Source: an uncultured Methylomirabilota bacterium
GTDB lineage: Bacteria > Methylomirabilota > Methylomirabilia > Methylomirabilales > 2-02-FULL-66-22
DNA: 64,000 bases
Assembly: GCA_963845565.1 (NCBI GenBank)
Contig: CAWJSJ010000002.1
Coordinates: 96,001-160,000, forward strand
Direction: 5' to 3'
Numbering within the stretch: position 1 is the first letter of the stretch; each line of letters opens with the position of its first letter. Below, piece after piece: positions 18,311 through 29,803 of the stretch. The position numbers and the translations under genes are program-made. The notes under the pieces are model-generated. The model was given only the letters and a program-made list of their open reading frames with translations. It was not told the DNA's origin and did not search any database.

Positions 18311-19669
18311 ATGGCTAACTGGAATGCGGCTGCACTCGTTGCCGAAGATCGCGATCACCTCCTCCATCCCCTCCAACATCCGGCGGACCACGCCACCCCC
18401 CACATTTGGGTCAAGGGCCAAGGGTGCGTCCTGACGGACGCCGAGGGTCGAGAGTACCTCGACGGCCTGTCCTGCCTCTGGAACGTGAATGTGGGCCACG
18501 GACGCAAAGAGTTGGCGGAAGCGGCCGCCGAGCAGATGGCGACCTTGGCCTATTCGACCAATTACGTCGGATCCTCCAACGTGCCGGCGATTCGGCTGGC
18601 GCATCGGCTGACCGAGATCGCGTACCCGAACCTCGCCGCCGCCTATTTCGCCAGCGGCGGGGCGGAAGCCGACGAGAGCGCCTTCAAGACCGCGCGCTTC
18701 TACTGGAAGGCCAAGGGGCAGCCGCAGAAGGTGAAGGTGATCTCCCGCCAGTTCGGCTACCACGGGGTTACCCTGGCGGCGATGAGCGCCACCGCCGTTC
18801 CGGGGTACGCCAAGATGTTCGAGCCGCTGGTTCCCAATTTTATCCACACCGCCACCCCGTACGGTTACCGGCTCGAGGGGGTGAAGCCGGGCGAGACCGT
18901 GGGGCAAGCCGCAGCGCGCATGCTGGAAGAGACCATCCTGCGAGAGGGGCCGGACACGGTGGCCGCGTTCATCGCCGAGCCGGTCCAAGGGGCGGGTGGA
19001 GTGATCGTCCCTCCCGACGACTATTTTCCCTTGGTTCGCCAGATCTGCACCAAGCACAACGTGCTGTTCATTGCCGATGAGGTGATCACCGGTTTCGGTC
19101 GCACCGGGGACTGGTTCGCGTTGAAACGGTGGGGCGTCCAGCCGGACATCCTTTCCTTCGCCAAGGGCATCACCAGCGGCTACCTCCCCCTCGGCGGGAT
19201 CATGGTCTCGCGAGAGATCCTGGACGCCATGGTCTCGGTCCCCTACGCCGATCGCTGGATGCATGCCTATACCTATTCCGGCCACGCGACCTGCTGCGCG
19301 GTCGGCCTCCGGAATCTGGAGCTCATCGAGAAGGAAGGGCTGGTCGAAAACGCGGCGAAGATGGGGGCACGGCTGCTCGCGGGGATGAAGACCCTCATGG
19401 ATTTCAAGGCCGTGGGCGAAGTCCGAGGCCTGGGGCTGCTGGTCGGGGTGGAACTCGTGGCGGACCGCGCCACCAAGGCCGGCTTTGATCCCGCCAAAGG
19501 GATCATCGGCAAGGTGAAGGCCGCGCTGGAAGCCCGCGGAGTCTTTACCCGGAACATGCGCGACATCATCGCCTTCGCGCCGCCCCTGGTGATCACCGAG
19601 GCTCAGGTGGACAAGCTGGTAGACAGTATGCGGGGTGCCCTCGCGGCGGTCCTGCCCGACCGGGCGTAG
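18311..19669 (+). CDS. Class III PLP aminotransferase (omega-amine/putrescine:pyruvate type)
   Basis: YLDG..CLWNVNVGHG, SGGAEA, YHGVT, FIADEVITGFGRTG, FAKGITSGYLPLG, TYSGH. Confidence 0.95.
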   Translation: MANWNAAALVAEDRDHLLHPLQHPADHATPHIWVKGQGCVLTDAEGREYLDGLSCLWNVNVGHGRKELAEAAAEQMATLAYSTNYVGSSNVPAIRLAHRLTEIAYPNLAAAYFASGGAEADESAFKTARFYWKAKGQPQKVKVISRQFGYHGVTLAAMSATAVPGYAKMFEPLVPNFIHTATPYGYRLEGVKPGETVGQAAARMLEETILREGPDTVAAFIAEPVQGAGGVIVPPDDYFPLVRQICTKHNVLFIADEVITGFGRTGDWFALKRWGVQPDILSFAKGITSGYLPLGGIMVSREILDAMVSVPYADRWMHAYTYSGHATCCAVGLRNLELIEKEGLVENAAKMGARLLAGMKTLMDFKAVGEVRGLGLLVGVELVADRATKAGFDPAKGIIGKVKAALEARGVFTRNMRDIIAFAPPLVITEAQVDKLVDSMRGALAAVLPDRA

Positions 19670-19725
19670 GCCTCCGTGGGATGGCCGCACGCCTGGCGCG
19701 GTTCGTTCCTGACGGCTCGCAGGAC

Positions 19726-19767
19726 GGCCCGTGACGGCACCGGACCGGTCCGGTGCCGTCACGGGCC
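19726..19767. repeat. Perfect 42-bp palindrome with no spacer
   Basis: GGCCCGTGACGGCACCGGACCGGTCCGGTGCCGTCACGGGCC equals its own reverse complement. Confidence 0.95.
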
Positions 19768-19907
19768 AAGGACCGAGAGCGACTCGACCGCGATTCGCCG
19801 ACGCCCAACCGGCTTCCTGGACGCAAGTCCCCCGGGTTCCCACCGTCCGCTGCCCGGCCCGCGTGGACGGGAGTGGGTTGGCCATCCTGCCCGAGAGGAG
19901 GTCGCCT

Positions 19908-21104
19908 GTGTCGCCCCACAAAGAAATCGTCATCATTGGTGCCGGCGCCATTGGTTGTTCCATCGCGTATCACCTGGCGAAGCAGGGGGTCGCTTCTCAG
20001 ATCATTGAGAGGGAATCGATTGCCGCCCGAGCTTCAGGAAAGTCATGGGCGGTCTTCGCGTATCCGCCACGGTTCTTGGGCCTGGAAGGCCAGCCCCAGG
20101 AGCTGCTCTTTTCCATGCCGGTCGGGAGCGTGTCCCCATGGCTGGACCTTATCTGGTTGGGCTATCACCGTTTGCCCGACATCGCGCTGGAACTGAGAGA
20201 AACGGCCGGAGTTGACATCGGCTACGGCGAACTCGGGTGGATCAGAGTCGTTCTCACAGAACAGCAGGAAGAGATGTATAAGGGAGCGCTAGCGGCGCAG
20301 AGAGCACAGGGGCACCACGAAGGCTACTGGATGGAGGCCTGCGACCTGAAGAGCTTATTCCCCGAGATCAACCCGCAGGTGAGAGGGGGAATGGTTTTCC
20401 CGTATCTCCAAGTGGAGCCCTACCGCTATACCCTTGGTCTCGCGCAGGCAGCAGAACGACGAGGGGTGACTATCAGGAACGGAGACGTCGTTGGGCTCCG
20501 TCGGCAGGGGTCTCGGGTCACTGCGGCTCTCTTGGCTTCAGGAACCGAGGTGACGGCTGATGTCTTTGTCTTGGCCACGGGTCCGTGGAGCGGTCGGAGT
20601 GCGTCCTGGCTGGAAAAGACGATGCCCATTCTGATCAACCGGGAGCAATGCGTGCGGATGGAAGTACCCAAGGGACTTCCGCCATACGGACTGACAGCAC
20701 CAAACGGCCTGACCATCATCCCGAAGGTCGGTGGCGACGTGATCCTGGGCCATGCGGGATTAGCTGACCTGCAAACCAGCTTTGATGTCAACTTGACTAC
20801 CGAAGACGCCAAGATGATGCTGCTGAGTGACGCTCTTGATCTGCTTCCGACACTGACTGAGGCGAAGCTGGTCGAGCAGCGGGGCGATTTTGAAGGCTGG
20901 TCTCCGCCTCCGAGGCGAATCCAGCCGGTACTCGGGCGTCTGCCGGAATGGGACAACGTCTATATCGCTGCCCGATTCGGAACACTCGGTATGATGATGA
21001 GCCTGGGGACAGGCCGGGTGATGGCTGACCTCATCATCGCCGGGGGTCGGGTGCCCTTCCGGTTCAAGAACATGATGGAGGTCCTACGTCCGGCTGGTCC
21101 CTGA
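19908..21104 (+). CDS. FAD-dependent oxidoreductase (glycine oxidase/DadA-like)
   Basis: GAGGAGG RBS before GTG; IVIIGAGAIG Rossmann motif, ASG, VLATGPWS, PVLG...NVYIA. Confidence 0.9.
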   Translation: MSPHKEIVIIGAGAIGCSIAYHLAKQGVASQIIERESIAARASGKSWAVFAYPPRFLGLEGQPQELLFSMPVGSVSPWLDLIWLGYHRLPDIALELRETAGVDIGYGELGWIRVVLTEQQEEMYKGALAAQRAQGHHEGYWMEACDLKSLFPEINPQVRGGMVFPYLQVEPYRYTLGLAQAAERRGVTIRNGDVVGLRRQGSRVTAALLASGTEVTADVFVLATGPWSGRSASWLEKTMPILINREQCVRMEVPKGLPPYGLTAPNGLTIIPKVGGDVILGHAGLADLQTSFDVNLTTEDAKMMLLSDALDLLPTLTEAKLVEQRGDFEGWSPPPRRIQPVLGRLPEWDNVYIAARFGTLGMMMSLGTGRVMADLIIAGGRVPFRFKNMMEVLRPAGP

Positions 21105-21175
21105 CGGGTATCGAAATCACGGCGGCGTTCGATGGCTCCACTGCGCTGTGATAATCCTGCCGTATGGTCGATCTG

Positions 21176-22102
21176 CTACCGCAAGTTGATTCGTGGGTCC
21201 ATGGCATCGCGCAGCCCGTCACCGATGAAATTGCAGGCGATGGCCACGGTGAGGATGGCTAGCCCCGGAAACGTCGAGATCCACCACTGCTGGATCAACT
21301 CGCGCCCTTCCGCGACCATCGCGCCCCACTCCGGGGTTGGCGGTACGGCGCCGAGGCCGAGGAAAGATAGCGCCGCCGTGATGATGATGGCATTGCCGAA
21401 ATCCATCGCCATGAGCACGAGTGAAGGCGCCAGCGCGTTCGGCAAGACGTGGCGAAGCAGGATGCGACGATTGGACATTCCGAGCGCGCGGGCTGCCGGG
21501 ACGAAGTCGCGCTCTTTGAGCGCAATCACCTCTCCTCTGACGACGCGCGCGTAGGGGGGCCACCAGACCATCAACATGGCCAGCATGGAATTCCGGATAC
21601 TCGGCCCCAGCGCGGCCGCAATGGCCATGGCCAGAATGAGCGCCGGGAACGAGAGCACCATGTCCACAATTCGCATCCCGATCTCGTCCGCCCACCTGCC
21701 AAGAAACCCCGACAGCGCCCCATACAGCGTGCCGAAGAACGAGGCCAGGACCACGACCACCGCTGCGACCGGCAGTGACACCCTGCCACCGTATAAAACG
21801 CGGCTCAGGACATCTCGCCCCAATCCGTCCACGCCCAGCCAGTGATCTGCAGACGGAGCAGCAAGTCGAATGGGGATGTTCTGTTCGATGGGGTCGTAGG
21901 GGGCGATCCAGGGAGCGGTTGCGGCGATCGCCATCCACAGGAGGATGACCAGCGCCCCGCTCACGGCCATGGGGTTCCGGATCAGGCGGCGCCAGACGAG
22001 GTGCCACTCGCTTTCCGGAGGAACGGCCCTCGCGCGCTCGCCAGCGCTCGATGTTGCCGTCATGGCCGCTTCAGACGTGGGGTCGTTGGCATGCGAGGTC
22101 AC
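21176..22102 (-). CDS. Peptide/nickel-type ABC permease (DppC-like)
   Basis: HWLGVDGLGRDVLSR, ARALG, RHVLPN, LSFLGLG..PP.PEWG, GDGLRDAMDPR. Confidence 0.93.
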   Translation of the reverse strand: MTSHANDPTSEAAMTATSSAGERARAVPPESEWHLVWRRLIRNPMAVSGALVILLWMAIAATAPWIAPYDPIEQNIPIRLAAPSADHWLGVDGLGRDVLSRVLYGGRVSLPVAAVVVVLASFFGTLYGALSGFLGRWADEIGMRIVDMVLSFPALILAMAIAAALGPSIRNSMLAMLMVWWPPYARVVRGEVIALKERDFVPAARALGMSNRRILLRHVLPNALAPSLVLMAMDFGNAIIITAALSFLGLGAVPPTPEWGAMVAEGRELIQQWWISTFPGLAILTVAIACNFIGDGLRDAMDPRINLR

Positions 22103-23112
22103 GAGTAGTGAATACGGGGGTCCAGCCACCCATAGAGGAGATCCACGAACAAATTCACCACTACATACACGATCCCGATCACGAATGTGACGCCCATGAT
22201 CGCGGGAAAGTCATTGGTCCGAACCGACTGGAACGCATAGCGGCCGAGTCCCGGCCAGGCGAAGATCGTCTCGGTCATCACCGCTCCGGACAGCAGACCC
22301 CCATAGGCCAACCCCAGGACGGTGACGGTCGGGATCAGGGCGTTGCGGAGTGCGTGGCGGGCCACGACCACCGACTCGCGGAGTCCCTTGGCCCGGGCCG
22401 TCCGGGTATAGTCCTGCGAGAGTACCTCCAGCATGGACGAGCGGGTAATCCGGGTGATGATCCCCATGATGGAGCTCGCCAGGACCAGACCGGGCAGGAT
22501 CAGATGTGACACCGCGTCCTTGAAGGTTTCGAAGTCCCCGTCGAGGAGGCTGTCGACGGTGAAGAGGCCGGTCACGTAATCCGGACGCTCGACCTGGGGG
22601 CCGAGCCGCCCCGGTCCGACGGTCCAGTGTAGCGTTGCATAGAACAGCACCAGCGAGACCGTGGCCAGCCAGAAGATCGGGATGGAGACGCCGATGAGGG
22701 AGACCATCCGGGCGAGATGGTCGATCGGACCATCTCGCCGGACAGCCGCGAAGATCCCCAGCGGAAGACCGAGGAGGAGGGCAAACACCACCGCCGCCGT
22801 CGCCAGTTCGACCGTCGCCGGCAGGAACAGGGCGAGGTCCTTCGTGATCGCGCGCCGCGTGTTGATGGACGTGCCGAACTCCCCCCGGGTTAAGTTGCGA
22901 ACAAACGTAAAATACTGCTCGTGCAGCGGCCTGTCGAGGTCCCATTTCTCCCGGAAGGCCTTGACGATTTCGGGCCGTTGCGACGCGATCTGCCCGAGAT
23001 TAGAGACGATGGGGTCAGTAGGGACGCTGTGGGCGACGATGAAGGAGATCAGCGTCACCCCCAGCGCCGCCACGACCATCAGAACCAGGCGCCGCGCGAT
23101 GTATCGGCCCAC
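22099..23112 (-). CDS. Peptide/nickel-type ABC permease (DppB-like)
   Basis: LPATVEL, DY.RTARAKG, HALRNALIP, ETIFAWPGLG, LDPRI. Confidence 0.93.
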   Translation of the reverse strand: MGRYIARRLVLMVVAALGVTLISFIVAHSVPTDPIVSNLGQIASQRPEIVKAFREKWDLDRPLHEQYFTFVRNLTRGEFGTSINTRRAITKDLALFLPATVELATAAVVFALLLGLPLGIFAAVRRDGPIDHLARMVSLIGVSIPIFWLATVSLVLFYATLHWTVGPGRLGPQVERPDYVTGLFTVDSLLDGDFETFKDAVSHLILPGLVLASSIMGIITRITRSSMLEVLSQDYTRTARAKGLRESVVVARHALRNALIPTVTVLGLAYGGLLSGAVMTETIFAWPGLGRYAFQSVRTNDFPAIMGVTFVIGIVYVVVNLFVDLLYGWLDPRIHYS

Positions 23113-23130
23113 GGTATCCCCACAACCTCC

Positions 23131-24750
23131 CTAGTCCTTGGTCACTGGCGCGAGGTGCGCATATCCCAGCGGAAAGTACTGGTAGCCTTTAATGTTGGCC
23201 CGGGTGACCACCTGGACCTTTCCCTGTAACAGCATCACGTAGGGGCCTTCGTCGAGCAACAGCTTGATGATCTCATGGTACATTGGGACGCGCTTCTTGG
23301 GGTCGCTCTCGGCCGCGGCCTTGTTCGCCAAGTCCTTGGCCTTGGCGCTGTCGTAGTGCAGGCGCGGACCCCAGGTGTGCAGGACCATCTGTCCCACCCA
23401 GTCCGAAGGCCCCAGGAAGTCGGGCGTATTGTAGGAGATGACGGCGGCCTCGGTCTTGGCCCGGTACTTGGTCATCATCGCGCCGAATTCCTCGGGCAGC
23501 AACTCGACCTCGATCCCGACCTTCTTCAGGTCAGCCTGGATCTTCTGGGCGATGACGTCGTAGGTGATCCCGACCGGCGAAGGCCCGCTGCCGTAGCGGA
23601 GTGGGAACTTAAATCCGTTGGGCACGCCCGCCTTGGCCAGAAGCTCCTTGGCCTTCTTGATGTCCGTCTTCGGATTCATCCGCTCGGCGTCGGCTGGCGT
23701 GAGGCCGAGAATGCCGATGGAGTACACTACGGGTCCGCGCACCGCCTGGTTGTTCGTGAGCGCGATGATTCCATCATAGTCGATGGCGGCCCGGATCGCC
23801 TGGCGGACCTCTTTCTTGGCCAGTTCGGGGTGAATCTTCGGGTCACAGGTCATCCCCAGGTACATGTCGTCCAGGGACTGTCCGGTGATGATCTTGACGT
23901 TCTTGTTGCCCCGCATCGTGGCAACGAGGTCGGGCGTGAGGTTCAAGGCGACATCCACGTCGCCGTTCTCCACCTGGAGCTTCTGCGTTGCCGGCGAGGT
24001 CACGTCGCGGATCTCGACCTTGGAGAACTGGGGAGCCTTACCCCAGTAGTTCGGATTCCGCTCGAACGTGATCCCAGTGTTTCTGAGCCAGCTCTTCAAG
24101 ATGAAAGGCCCGCCCCCGGCCGAGTTCTGGTTCAGCCACTCCTCGGCCTTGTCGTCCTTGTCCGCCGTAGGCGAGTCGCTCGCCCCGTGCTCCTTGGCAA
24201 GCTTCGAGTCGATGACCCCCCCGTTTTGTCCGGAGATGATCGCCAGCCAATCCCCATTGGGCTCGTTCAGGATCATCTTCACGGTCAGCGGATCGACGAC
24301 CTGCACCTCTTTCAGGGGGTCCATCTGCCAACTGGCGTTCCCCTTTAAATTCTTGAGGCGGGTGAAGGTGAACCGGACGTCCTCTGCCGTGAAGGGGTTC
24401 CCGCTCGCAAACTTCACGTTCGGCCTGAGCTTGAACGTGTACTCCTTGCCGTCCTTGGAGAGGTCCCACGAGGTGGCGAGGACCGGGGTGTAGGTGGTAA
24501 GTTCCGCGGGGCTCTTTGACCTGAGGAGATAGTCATAGGTGTTGAGGCAGATGAACGCCGCCGCGAACTCAAACTGGCGGCTCACATCGAGCGTCTTCAT
24601 GTCCGCCTGGTCCATCGCGATGATGAGCGTCTTCCCGGCGGCGCGCTGACCGGCCGTTGCCTGCGAGACGCCCAGCGCCCCCGTGAGCGCCAAGATCAGC
24701 GTTACGACGGCCAGCCACGAGCACAAACGGGGACTCCTCAGCGTTTTCAT
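23131..24750 (-). CDS. ABC substrate-binding protein family 5 (DppA-like)
   Basis: Signal peptide; LATSW..S.DG..YTFKLR..VKF..G..FTAEDV; GGGPF; RNPNYWG; VRQAI..AID. Confidence 0.93.
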   Translation of the reverse strand: MKTLRSPRLCSWLAVVTLILALTGALGVSQATAGQRAAGKTLIIAMDQADMKTLDVSRQFEFAAAFICLNTYDYLLRSKSPAELTTYTPVLATSWDLSKDGKEYTFKLRPNVKFASGNPFTAEDVRFTFTRLKNLKGNASWQMDPLKEVQVVDPLTVKMILNEPNGDWLAIISGQNGGVIDSKLAKEHGASDSPTADKDDKAEEWLNQNSAGGGPFILKSWLRNTGITFERNPNYWGKAPQFSKVEIRDVTSPATQKLQVENGDVDVALNLTPDLVATMRGNKNVKIITGQSLDDMYLGMTCDPKIHPELAKKEVRQAIRAAIDYDGIIALTNNQAVRGPVVYSIGILGLTPADAERMNPKTDIKKAKELLAKAGVPNGFKFPLRYGSGPSPVGITYDVIAQKIQADLKKVGIEVELLPEEFGAMMTKYRAKTEAAVISYNTPDFLGPSDWVGQMVLHTWGPRLHYDSAKAKDLANKAAAESDPKKRVPMYHEIIKLLLDEGPYVMLLQGKVQVVTRANIKGYQYFPLGYAHLAPVTKD

Positions 24751-24965
24751 GTCCTACCCTCCTACTCGTGAGGTCACCCAACCCGGCAGTTGTCGACACA
24801 TGCACACCCAGCGCGGGCGTGCACGACCCTGCTCGTTCCCGTTTCTTTCGATGGAGAGTGCGACATCTACCACCGCGCTCCGACAGGTGTCAAGGCCAAT
24901 TCAAAAGAAATCTGTTTTGCGTAGCGCTCCCTTGATGCCTTCGTCGCGCAATCTCGCGGGCGGGC

Positions 24966-24994
24966 TTGACAGTTTGCGGCGCGGTTGAAAGAAT
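24966..24994 (+). promoter_or_regulatory. Sigma-70-type promoter immediately before the MFS start codon
   Basis: TTGACA-N17-AAGAAT with extended -10 TG; ATG follows 7 nt later. Confidence 0.5.
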
Positions 24995-25001
24995 CGCCGC
25001 C

Positions 25002-26186
25002 ATGAGTCAACGCCACGCCCGCGCGACACTGGCCGCGAGCTGCACCATCCACTTCCTGCACGACGGCTGCTCCGATCTCCTCTACGCGCTCTTCCCGGTG
25101 TGGGCGCGCGAGTTCTCGCTCTCCTTTGCGCAGGTGGGGCTGCTCCGCACCGGGTACTCCGGCGCGCTGGCCCTGTTCCAGGTTCCCGCGGGGTTCCTCG
25201 CCGAGCGCTGGGGCGAACCCCGGGTGCTGGCCGCCGGAACGTTCCTCACCGCGGTCGGATTCCTCTGCGTCGGCACGGCGGGAGGATTTGTTCCTCTCCT
25301 GGCGTTCCTGGTGATCGGCGGCCTGGGGTCCGGGACGCAGCATCCCCTGAGCTCCGCCCTGGTCTCCCGAGCATACGAAGAAGGACGCCGCCGCGTCGCT
25401 CTGGGGACCTACAACTTTTCGGGAGACCTCGGCAAGGTGACCTGGCCGGCGCTTGTGGCGCTGGTGACCGCGTGGGCGGGATGGCGCTGGGCGACGCAGG
25501 GCATGGGCATCCTCGTCCTCGGCGCGGCCGTCGGCATCTTTCTCATTCTCGCCCGGATCGCGCTGCCGCCGACCGAGACGGCGGCCCGCCAGACGCTCCG
25601 CCAGGCCTGGAACGGGTGGGGCATCCGGGATACGCGGGGTTTCTCGCTCCTGTCCGCCATCCACGGCATCGACAACGGCTCCCGGACCGTGTTCCTCACC
25701 TATCTACCGTTCTTGCTGCTGGAAAAGGGACTGCGCCTGGACATGATGGGGGTCGCCCTGGGGCTCACCTTTGCGGGCGGAGCGACGGGGAAGTTCGTGT
25801 GCGGGGTGCTGGCCGAGCGTCTCGGCATCATCCGCACGGTCATTCTCACCGAGGCCGCCACGGGGCTCGGCGTCTTCGCGCTGCTCTTCCTCCCCATCCA
25901 GCCGGCCCTGGCTCTCCTTCCCGTCCTCGGCGTGGCCCTGAACGGTACCTCTTCTGTGCTCTACGGCACGGTCGCTGAGCTGGTAACGCCGGAGCGGCGC
26001 TCGCGCGTCTACGGGCTGTTCTATACCATCGGCATCGGCTCCGGCGCTCTCGCTCCGCCCCTCTTCGGCCTGCTCTCCGATGCCGCCGGCGTCCCGGTGA
26101 CGCTCACAGTTCTAGCCCTCGTGATCTTCTTCACGCTTCCTCTCGCCCACTGGCTTCGCGTAGCGATCGAGCCCACCCCAGCCTAG
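25002..26186 (+). CDS. MFS transporter (Fsr-like)
   Basis: HFLHDG, G.LAER.G motif A twice, HP....LV, G..NF.GDLG; about 12 hydrophobic segments. Confidence 0.9.
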   Translation: MSQRHARATLAASCTIHFLHDGCSDLLYALFPVWAREFSLSFAQVGLLRTGYSGALALFQVPAGFLAERWGEPRVLAAGTFLTAVGFLCVGTAGGFVPLLAFLVIGGLGSGTQHPLSSALVSRAYEEGRRRVALGTYNFSGDLGKVTWPALVALVTAWAGWRWATQGMGILVLGAAVGIFLILARIALPPTETAARQTLRQAWNGWGIRDTRGFSLLSAIHGIDNGSRTVFLTYLPFLLLEKGLRLDMMGVALGLTFAGGATGKFVCGVLAERLGIIRTVILTEAATGLGVFALLFLPIQPALALLPVLGVALNGTSSVLYGTVAELVTPERRSRVYGLFYTIGIGSGALAPPLFGLLSDAAGVPVTLTVLALVIFFTLPLAHWLRVAIEPTPA

Positions 26187-26363
26187 CCCCGAAAGCGCGG
26201 CTCCCGATCTGATTCGAGCCGGCCACCCCTCCTGAGTTGACAACAACAGCTTGCTGGGGCATTGTCTGGCATATCATACAAGAGTGTGTGACTCCGCTAT
26301 AAAAGTGGATCATCCAATCCGCTCCTCCTGACGCCACTCAAGCGATGCCGTAAAGGGACGGCC

Positions 26364-27749
<1,386 letters not shown>

Positions 27750-27916
27750 ATCCGTCTGGCTCCACCACCTGAATTCGGACGCATCCAGCCGGATGTGAGT
27801 CGGGTGACCGGCTCGCGTTCTCTTAATCTCCCGGTGTGAGGAGAATCCCCGGCAAAGACAACAAGTTCCAACGATCCTCTCCCCATTCCAGCCTCGGTGC
27901 GGATGGCTCGTGACAG

Positions 27917-27933
27917 CTGGCATCCGACTTGCG
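27917..27933 (+). promoter_or_regulatory. Sigma-54 (-24/-12) promoter
   Basis: CTGGCATCCGACTTGCG: GG-N10-GC matching the TGGCA-N6-TTGC consensus, just downstream of an enhancer-binding-protein gene. Confidence 0.75.
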
Positions 27934-27994
27934 AAGGATCGGGGCATCGTCCCGAAAGGGGAAATCGGGATGGCCGAAAAGGGAGGGGGAAGCC

Positions 27995-28279
27995 ATGAAG
28001 CGCACAAACGGAACCACTCGGGCGGTCTTGACAGGGATGCTTTTGATGGGAGCGGCGTTCGGGATGCTTGGGGACATGAAGTTGGTTGCCACCAATCAGA
28101 GCTACCCGCGGGTGCCTCGTACGGAGCAAGAACAGATGGCACGCGGGAAGGAAAACGAAGCGACGCCGGCGATGATGCAAGGTGTCTCGCTCCTCGCTCG
28201 CACGGGCTCCGGCGAGACGGATCCCTGCATCCCGATCGCACCCGTCACCTTCTCGGTTCGCGGGGCGGTGATCTGCTGA
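27995..28279 (+). CDS. Small hypothetical protein with N-terminal hydrophobic segment and two C-terminal Cys
   Basis: GGGAGG RBS, first ATG ORF with an RBS after the sigma-54 promoter; 94 aa. Confidence 0.5.
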   Translation: MKRTNGTTRAVLTGMLLMGAAFGMLGDMKLVATNQSYPRVPRTEQEQMARGKENEATPAMMQGVSLLARTGSGETDPCIPIAPVTFSVRGAVIC

Positions 28280-28342
28280 GAGGCGTCTCGATGCTGATCG
28301 CTCGGCGCGGCGGACGTTGTGGATGGAAAAGGAGTGGCAATC

Positions 28343-29578
28343 ATGAGAAGGACTATGAGGCTCGTTCGGATGACGCTCTTCACTGTTGCCGCATGGTTGG
28401 CCGCCGGCTCGTTGGCGACGGCTGACGTGGTCACCGACTGGAACATCACGGCAGGCGATATCGTGGTGGCTGCCAAACTTCCCCCGCCGCCGGCCTACCG
28501 AGTCATGGCCATGGTCCAGAGTGCCGTCTACGAAGCCGTCAACGCCGTGACCAAGCGCTACCCATCAAATGGCGTGAAGCTGGACGTGGCGCCCGGTGCG
28601 TCGGTCGAGGCTGCGGTCGCCGCAGCGAACCGCGCGGTCCTGTCGAAGATGATCCCATCACAACAACCCGCGATCGACAGCGCCTATCAGGCTACGCTAT
28701 CGGGGATCCCCGCTAGCGCGGGGAAGGCGGAAGGAATCGCGGTGGGAGAAAGAGCTGCCGCCGCCATCCTGTCACGCCGCACCGACGACGGCGCCGGCGC
28801 GCCGGAAAGCTATCGCCCGCGCACGACTGCAGGCCTCTACGTGCCCACCGTCGTACCGGCCGTGCCCCATTGGCCTCGTCGTACGCCGTGGGTCATGAGC
28901 AACGCTGGCCAGTTCCGCCCCGGACCACCCCCCAGCCTGACCAGCACTCTCTGGGCTCGCGACTACAACGAGATCAAGCTCCTGGGAGCGAAGAACAGCG
29001 CGCAGCGCACCGCGGAGCAAACAGCCATCGCCCGCTTCTGGGAGGCCACGCAGCCCACGGTTTACTACCCGGTTGTGCGCTCCGTCGCCAACATGGTAGG
29101 CAGGGAGATCACGCAAAACGCCCGCCTGTTTGCCGTGACCGGCCAGGGGATGGACGACGCCCTGATCGCGGTGTTTGACGCCAAGTATCACTACGAGTTC
29201 TGGCGGCCCGTCACCGCGATCCGCAACGGCGACCTCGATGGCAATGACGCGACGGAGCGTGATGTCTCTTGGGCGCCCTTCATCGACACCCCGATGCACC
29301 CGGAGTACCCATGCGCCCACTGCATCAATGCCGCGACCATCGGCACCATACTACAGGCGGAGATTGGCAAAGGCCCCACGCCAACGCTGAGCACGACCAG
29401 CCCCACGGCGCCGGGCATGGTTCGCGCGTGGACGAAGATTGACGATTTCGTCCAGGAAGTGGCCGACGCACGCATCTACGACGGCGTGCATTACCGCACC
29501 TCCACCGAAGTCGGCACAGCCATGGGCAGGAAAATCGGCGAGTTGGCAGGAGCAAAGTACCTGAGCACGGTGAAGTAG
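28343..29578 (+). CDS. Secreted vanadium-dependent haloperoxidase / PAP2-superfamily protein
   Basis: Signal peptide; DVVTDWN; AKYHYEFWRP, HPEYPCAH, ARIYDGVHY motifs. Confidence 0.88.
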   Translation: MRRTMRLVRMTLFTVAAWLAAGSLATADVVTDWNITAGDIVVAAKLPPPPAYRVMAMVQSAVYEAVNAVTKRYPSNGVKLDVAPGASVEAAVAAANRAVLSKMIPSQQPAIDSAYQATLSGIPASAGKAEGIAVGERAAAAILSRRTDDGAGAPESYRPRTTAGLYVPTVVPAVPHWPRRTPWVMSNAGQFRPGPPPSLTSTLWARDYNEIKLLGAKNSAQRTAEQTAIARFWEATQPTVYYPVVRSVANMVGREITQNARLFAVTGQGMDDALIAVFDAKYHYEFWRPVTAIRNGDLDGNDATERDVSWAPFIDTPMHPEYPCAHCINAATIGTILQAEIGKGPTPTLSTTSPTAPGMVRAWTKIDDFVQEVADARIYDGVHYRTSTEVGTAMGRKIGELAGAKYLSTVK

Positions 29579-29619
29579 TACCGGCCCGGCGGGGAACCCG
29601 CCTGTGAGACTGAAGGTGG

Positions 29620-29803
29620 CTCGCCTTCGCAAGAAAGGGTGCGCCATATCGGCGCCAGGTACGGGGAGGAGCCCAGCCGCTGGACCTCCCCGTCGAGCAG
29701 CCCTACCGCTTTTGGCAGATCATGAACCTGATGGCCGCCAACGCGCTGGGTCTCGCGAATTCCGCAATCACTCGTGATCCGGGCGGACGAGGTAATCCGG
29801 TGA
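29620..29803 (+). pseudogene. Degraded 3' remnant of an ABC_sub_bind gene
   Basis: Broken DLPVEQP...NL..A.ALGL...IRADEVIR* read across shifting frames. Confidence 0.7.
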
